A stretch of DNA of 55,415 bases, from the NCBI GenBank assembly GCA_035530835.1, contig DATKUC010000013.1:1-55415 (forward strand), given 5' to 3'. This document shows positions 51,228-55,415 of this stretch, one piece after another. The position numbers and the translations under genes were made by a program. The notes beneath the pieces were generated by a model. That model saw only the letters and a list, made by a program, of their open reading frames with translations, made no database searches and had not been told where the DNA came from. This stretch comes from Spirochaetia bacterium. Its GTDB lineage: Bacteria; Spirochaetota; Spirochaetia; DSM-27196; DATKUC01. The first letter of the stretch is position 1, and every line of letters starts with the position of its first letter.

Positions 51228-52841
51228 CTATGCTACAAGTCGTCTCTTGCGGATGAATGTATCCCGCAGTCCAAAGCGTATCTGCATCGACATGCGTACA
51301 AATGACAGAATAAACGGGAAGAATACCAGAAGGACTATTCCAGTATGACGGAGAAGCACCGCATAGTCCGCAGACACGAGGCCGGAAGGCTGCCGTTCAA
51401 CCATCATTGCCCGCCCCTGGCTGCGAAGCAATGCAGGAACGCCGCCGACCTTCATCTGGTCCCTGAACCACGAATCGGTGAAAGTCATCATGACCCGGGG
51501 ATGTTCACTCATGTTCAATCCGCCGAGTGTGAACTCCGGTATCGTCACATCCTGCCCTGGATGAGGGAACTCATACGGTCTGTTGAACAGGTACGCGTCC
51601 TGATATGCGCGATGCGCGATGTAGTCTGACAGGTCGGGCAGGGCCGATGCGTCGTGTCGCTGCCAGAGTCGCCCGAGATCGTTCCATGACAGCGACGAGA
51701 TTCCAGCTACCGGAACCGGTCTCGGTACATAGACCTGCGAATCGCCGGGCAGAATGAGCATCACGAGCGGAGGGAACACCAGAACAAAAAGCAGTGATGG
51801 CACAAGTCGGACGTAGCTTCCCCGAAGTGCGCGGGTCATGGTGCGGGGAAGAATCCGCAACGGTATGAACGATTCATGCTCCCTGCGGGATCTTGTCCAC
51901 TGCACATACCGAACCACGAGCCCGGCCAGCGCGACTGTTGCAAGTAGACCGGGGATCACCCTGGCGAGTATACCTGAAACGCCGTCGTAGTCGAGAACGG
52001 CGGCAACAACCACTGCGACAATGAAGAACCCAAATCGCGCGGCGAGTTCGCTGCTGTAGAAACGATCGAATTGCCTGAGCCCCGATTCATCTCCATGCGA
52101 GTGGAACTTCGCCGATGAGCGCTCAATTGCAGGAACGCCCTCCTCAAGAAGATAGGCCCATGCGAACACCAGCAGGCAGGACGCGGCAAAGCTGCCGTAG
52201 CCACCGGCGAACGCGCCGGAAATCCACGGAAGCGCGCCGAGCAGAACAGGTATGCGGAAGTGGCGCGTGCGCATCAGAAGCAGCGCACAGAAGACGAGAA
52301 ACGAGACTATGAACAGAACGCGTCGGAGACCGTTCCATTCCAGCAGATACCAGTCGATGTGGAGCGGATCAAGGGCACGGTGCGCAAGTGAGTTTACCCG
52401 GAGAACACCCAGTCCGGGAAAATGGGAACCGACTCCGGACACCGGTACATAGATGATCTGCATTGGCTGTCCATTGACAGCAGTCGAGAAGAGCGCCGAT
52501 ACGCGCTTCATGTATGGGTCAAGACGAGGATCAACCGGGTCAAACCTTGCGGGAATATCGGCAACGGAAACTTTCCTTATTCCGGAGAAATCGGTAAAGG
52601 AGACTGTCGCGTTCGAGGCTGATATGATCCCGGACAGGCCCGCTTTTTCAAGTGCGCGGGTGACGACACTGTCGGCCACCCTGTCTCCTGCCACAATGGT
52701 GTAGTAGCCACGCCAGGTCGTGTTCGATGAAGGACGGGACGGAAGGATGATGAACAGCACTCCGGCAGCGAATCCGACGGCTAAGAAAACGGCGAGAGCT
52801 GAGGACGGACTATGCTTCAGACGGCTGAGCTTCGGGTTCAT
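51228..52841 (-). CDS. Polytopic membrane protein with two large extracytoplasmic regions, function unknown
   Basis: 537 aa. It has an N-terminal TM helix, a soluble segment of about 150 aa, a central bundle of hydrophobic helices, a second soluble region and a terminal TM helix. It lies 9 nt upstream of rnfC. Confidence 0.6.
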   Translation of the reverse strand: MNPKLSRLKHSPSSALAVFLAVGFAAGVLFIILPSRPSSNTTWRGYYTIVAGDRVADSVVTRALEKAGLSGIISASNATVSFTDFSGIRKVSVADIPARFDPVDPRLDPYMKRVSALFSTAVNGQPMQIIYVPVSGVGSHFPGLGVLRVNSLAHRALDPLHIDWYLLEWNGLRRVLFIVSFLVFCALLLMRTRHFRIPVLLGALPWISGAFAGGYGSFAASCLLVFAWAYLLEEGVPAIERSSAKFHSHGDESGLRQFDRFYSSELAARFGFFIVAVVVAAVLDYDGVSGILARVIPGLLATVALAGLVVRYVQWTRSRREHESFIPLRILPRTMTRALRGSYVRLVPSLLFVLVFPPLVMLILPGDSQVYVPRPVPVAGISSLSWNDLGRLWQRHDASALPDLSDYIAHRAYQDAYLFNRPYEFPHPGQDVTIPEFTLGGLNMSEHPRVMMTFTDSWFRDQMKVGGVPALLRSQGRAMMVERQPSGLVSADYAVLLRHTGIVLLVFFPFILSFVRMSMQIRFGLRDTFIRKRRLVA

Positions 52842-52849
52842 CTGTTTTT

Positions 52850-53329
52850 TTATAGGATGCTGAAGGCGGTGGCAATGAAAAATCCGAGAAGAACTCCCAC
52901 CGACACCTCTGCGGCGGTGTGTCCGTTCACCTCTTTGACAGCCTTGAACCGTATGCCGAACCGCTCGTGAAGCTCGGTTCCCATCCGATTCAGCGTCTGA
53001 GCCTGCAAACCGGCCGACCGGCGAACCCCCAGCGCGTCACGAATTATGAGTATCCCATAAAAGAGAGCCATAGTAAACAAGGGGCTGTCCAGGCCGTACT
53101 CGAATCCAACTGAGGTTGCGAGCGCGGTCACCAGGGACGAATGGCTGGACGGCATTCCTCCCGTCTTCCAGAACAGGGTCATGACCATGTCGCGGGACTT
53201 GTGGGAGTGATGGCGAACCGCTTCGATTATTGCCTTCAAAAGCTGAGCGATAAACCAGCTGAAGAATGCTGCCAGAAACACCGGGCTGCTGACCAGGCTG
53301 TAGAGATACGAGAAAGCTTTCGACGGCAT
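52850..53329 (-). CDS. Divergent PAP2 family protein (DUF212, acid phosphatase/vanadium haloperoxidase-related)
   Basis: GGMPSSHSSLVTALATSVG and NGHTAAEVSVGVLLG motifs. It is a 159-aa membrane protein. Confidence 0.8.
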   Translation of the reverse strand: MPSKAFSYLYSLVSSPVFLAAFFSWFIAQLLKAIIEAVRHHSHKSRDMVMTLFWKTGGMPSSHSSLVTALATSVGFEYGLDSPLFTMALFYGILIIRDALGVRRSAGLQAQTLNRMGTELHERFGIRFKAVKEVNGHTAAEVSVGVLLGFFIATAFSIL

Positions 53330-53337
53330 ACGTCGTC

Positions 53338-53366
53338 AGTGTGTCGTCGTCAACTTCATTTGTCAA
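53338..53366 (-). promoter_or_regulatory. Candidate promoter TTGACA-N17-CACACT ending 8 nt before ATG 53329
   Basis: The -35 hexamer is the reverse complement of positions 53361-53366 and interlocks with the plus-strand -35 at 53360-53365. The -10 is weak. Confidence 0.3.
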
Positions 53367-53388
53367 GACAGAATGAAAATGGCATTAT
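53360..53388 (+). promoter_or_regulatory. Sigma70-like promoter TTGTCA-N17-CATTAT ending 6 nt before ATG 53395 (leaderless geometry)
   Basis: Read directly from the sequence. No SD is possible in the 6-nt gap. Confidence 0.45.
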
Positions 53389-53394
53389 AGGTCC

Positions 53395-54414
53395 ATGGAA
53401 CCCGAGTATCTGCCGATTCTGCCGGGGCGCGACGATGAAGGCAAACGAATCGACGCGGTGCTCAGGCGTCACTTCGCCGATTTGCCACTGAGTCGCATCT
53501 ACCGGGCGCTGCGAAGTGGCGAAGTCAGGATCGCCGGAAAAAAAGTGCCGCCCTCGTACCGGGTGACCTCAGGAGTTCCGATCGAGATCCGACCGTCCCT
53601 TGCGGCAAGGTCCGGTGCACACTCCCCGCCCACCGGTTCGACCGCGACCTTTAACACCGGCAGTGCCGCCGGCACCGCCGCCGTCAAAGCGATGATCGTG
53701 TGGGAAACCGAGCACCTGCTCGCGCTAAATAAGCCTCGCGGCGTCCCGGTTCAGGGAGGACGGGACCTCGAAGCGGTTGCACTTGACGATCTTGTGCGTG
53801 GCTACCTCGCAAGTCGGACGACTGCTTCCCTCAGCTTCCGGCCCGGACCTCTCCATCGCCTGGACAGAAACACGACTGGGCTCCTCTTCTTTTCGGTTTC
53901 ACTCGAAGGTGCGCACCGCTTCCTGGCTCATCTGCAGTCGGGAGCCTGCAGGAAGTATTATCTTGCCCTGCTGGCGGGCAAACTCACTGCCCCGGAAACC
54001 TGGCAGGATTCGCTGGTGCGGGATCCGATCAGCCGCATTTCTCATGTGAGCTCAGATAGCGCGGACGGCGGCAAGAGCGCAGAAACCCACGTTCAGCCGC
54101 TGCTATCGGACGGCCGTCGGGTCACCCTGGCACTCTGCATGATCGTTACCGGCAGAACGCATCAAATCCGTGCGCAGGCGGCGTCGCACGGCTTTCCGCT
54201 CGCGGGTGACCGTAAGTATGGAGACTCCAGTCTGCCTGAATATCTGCTTCACTCCCTGCGGCTCGAACTCCCCGAGTACGATCCGGTCCTCCGGTTCAGG
54301 TCAATTTCGGCCCCGGTAGCCGACGGGCAACGGGAAATGCTTCACGCACTCTTTCCCGCGAAAAAAGTAGACGAGGCAATCAGTGATCAAACCATCGACC
54401 GGATGATCCAATGA
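53395..54414 (+). CDS. RluA-family pseudouridine synthase with an N-terminal S4-like domain
   Basis: RIDAVLRRHF..LSRIYRALRSGEVRIAGKKV (S4-like), the HRLDRNTTGLL catalytic Asp motif and GRTHQIRAQ. Confidence 0.85.
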   Translation: MEPEYLPILPGRDDEGKRIDAVLRRHFADLPLSRIYRALRSGEVRIAGKKVPPSYRVTSGVPIEIRPSLAARSGAHSPPTGSTATFNTGSAAGTAAVKAMIVWETEHLLALNKPRGVPVQGGRDLEAVALDDLVRGYLASRTTASLSFRPGPLHRLDRNTTGLLFFSVSLEGAHRFLAHLQSGACRKYYLALLAGKLTAPETWQDSLVRDPISRISHVSSDSADGGKSAETHVQPLLSDGRRVTLALCMIVTGRTHQIRAQAASHGFPLAGDRKYGDSSLPEYLLHSLRLELPEYDPVLRFRSISAPVADGQREMLHALFPAKKVDEAISDQTIDRMIQ

Positions 54415-54464
54415 CAACTGCCGTCTGACTTGTAACAGTTCACGGCTCACATTACACTGAAGGA

Positions 54465-55355
54465 ATGCGCAATCTGCTCCATCACATCGTCTGGATGATA
54501 CGCGGTGTGAAGGTATTCGCACTTGTCGGAAAGAGCGGTACCGGTAAAAGCTTTCGAGCACGGCTTGTAGCCGAAAAGCATGGAGTTGAGATGATAGTCG
54601 ACGACGGACTTCTCATCCGCGACCAGAAGATCCTCGCCGGAAAGTCCGCGAAACGCGAGCAGGCATACCTGAGTGCAGTAAAGACTGCACTTTTTACCGA
54701 CAGGGAGCACCGGCAACAGGTGATGAACGCGCTGGAAAGCGAAAAGTTCAAACGAATCCTGGTACTCGGGACCTCCGACGGTATGATCAACAAGATCTGT
54801 GAACGATTGCAGCTGCCATCCCCGACCAAAATCATCCGGATCGAGGATGTTGCAACGGCTGAAGAAATAAGCACCGCCATGCACTATCGTCGCACGCAGG
54901 GGAAACACGTGATTCCCGTTCCGGCTATCGAAGTGAAGAGAAACTATCCGCGCCTCGTTGCCGATTCGGTGAAGATATTCCTCCGCCGGCGCTTCGGACT
55001 GGTAAACAGGCAGCAGGTGTTCGAGAAGACTGTCGTGCGTCCACAGTTCAGCCAGAAGGGAACCGTCACCATTGCCGAGTCCGCACTGACCCAGATGATC
55101 CTCCACTGCGTCGATGAATACGAACTCGAAGCTGAAGTGAAGAAGATTTCGGTGAAGATAGACGCCGAAGGCTACCGGCTCGAGCTGCACATCGCCGTTC
55201 CATTCGGGGTCGCCCTGGCGGGCACTGTCCACAATCTTCAGAACTATATTGTTGAAAGCATCGAGCGATACACGGGGATTCACATCGCTGAAATGAATAT
55301 CGTGATTGATACGGTCGCTCAGATTCCGCGGTACAAACCCCGCACAACGAACTAA
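54465..55355 (+). CDS. Fusion protein: N-terminal P-loop NTPase/kinase-like domain + C-terminal Asp23/Gls24 (alkaline shock protein) domain
   Basis: Walker A VGKSGTGKS. The C-terminal 110 aa (TVTIAESALTQMILHCV...LELHIAVPFGVALAGTVHNLQNYIVESIERYTGIHIAEMNIVIDTV) follows the Asp23 pattern. The start could be 54465 or 54495. Confidence 0.7.
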   Translation: MRNLLHHIVWMIRGVKVFALVGKSGTGKSFRARLVAEKHGVEMIVDDGLLIRDQKILAGKSAKREQAYLSAVKTALFTDREHRQQVMNALESEKFKRILVLGTSDGMINKICERLQLPSPTKIIRIEDVATAEEISTAMHYRRTQGKHVIPVPAIEVKRNYPRLVADSVKIFLRRRFGLVNRQQVFEKTVVRPQFSQKGTVTIAESALTQMILHCVDEYELEAEVKKISVKIDAEGYRLELHIAVPFGVALAGTVHNLQNYIVESIERYTGIHIAEMNIVIDTVAQIPRYKPRTTN

Positions 55356-55374
55356 ATCTCACGTAGAAAAAGAT

Positions 55375-55403
55375 TTGACACAGACTGTACCCCACAATAA
55401 TAT
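55375..55403 (+). promoter_or_regulatory. Near-consensus sigma70 promoter TTGACA-N17-TAATAT at the window edge
   Basis: Read directly from the sequence. The transcribed product lies beyond the window. Confidence 0.5.
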
Positions 55404-55415
55404 GATTGCAATGGA

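Noticed and set aside
52500-52700. IISASNATVSF in the 537-aa membrane protein as a surrogate S/T-G-A-T flavinylation site replacing RnfG
   Set aside because: This is only a 4-5 residue resemblance. The surrounding sequence does not look like an FMN_bind domain, so the evidence is too weak to claim.
54447-55283. 278-aa ORF antisense to the P-loop/Asp23 gene
   Set aside because: It has no recognisable motif. The plus strand has a Walker A and an Asp23-like domain and continues the co-directional rluA-family gene.
1-55415. Window-wide look for CRISPR arrays, tRNA/rRNA genes, IS elements, integrases, restriction-modification or known defence-system genes
   Set aside because: None were recognised. 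Intergenic gaps are mostly under 130 nt. The three longer gaps (21835-22045, 28076-28256 and 42393-42658) contain promoters and leaders but no cloverleaf or repeat-spacer structure visible by eye. A covariance-model scan would be needed to exclude small ncRNAs.

Overview
A 55.4 kb GC-rich bacterial chromosomal segment. It is densely coding, with about 50 CDS on both strands and many start/stop overlaps of 1-35 nt. Reading by eye, I found no rRNA, tRNA, CRISPR array, transposase, integrase or prophage signature.

Gene order, left to right:
- The 3' end of a Fis-HTH activator, followed by a sigma54-type promoter.
- A four-gene archaic (SCPU/Csu-like) chaperone-usher pilus operon.
- DinB-family protein, FNR-like reductase and rlmN.
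- A DUF1800/DUF1501 pair, a SMUG1-type uracil-DNA glycosylase and a small OM beta-barrel protein.
- A DHH phosphoesterase and two tandem paralogous cNMP-binding GGDEF proteins, one catalytic-looking and one degenerate.
- An aldo/keto reductase and a dtxR-feoA-feoB-feoC operon.
- A D-2-hydroxyacid dehydrogenase, a membrane-anchored PilZ protein and a PAS-HisKA_3 kinase with a NarL-type regulator.
- Short parE/parC, and a lipoprotein.
- A long co-directional minus-strand train: prfB (with the classical +1 frameshift), cheY-like, PEGA protein, ftsY, MORN-like protein, lolC/D/E-like transporter, mcsA, mcsB, clpC.
- A free-standing 35-codon Lys/Pro-rich ORF with its own SD and a strong terminator, then a secreted protein with duplicated modules.
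- One tightly packed minus-strand operon: DUF212/PAP2-like, a 537-aa membrane protein, rnfC, rnfD, a 69-aa rnfG remnant, rnfE, rnfA, rnfB and GH57.
- An RluA-family pseudouridine synthase and a P-loop/Asp23 fusion protein.

The lineage cannot be fixed from this window. The gene content suggests an anaerobic diderm, possibly spirochaete-like, but that is only an impression.

The observations I consider most worth following up are:
- the miniaturised RnfG that lacks any FMN-binding domain;
- the sigma54/bEBP-controlled chaperone-usher pilus;
- the enzyme/receptor-like GGDEF paralog pair;
- the autonomous small basic ORF unit;
- the P-loop/Asp23 fusion.

All calls rest on motif recognition by eye. 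No searches were run.
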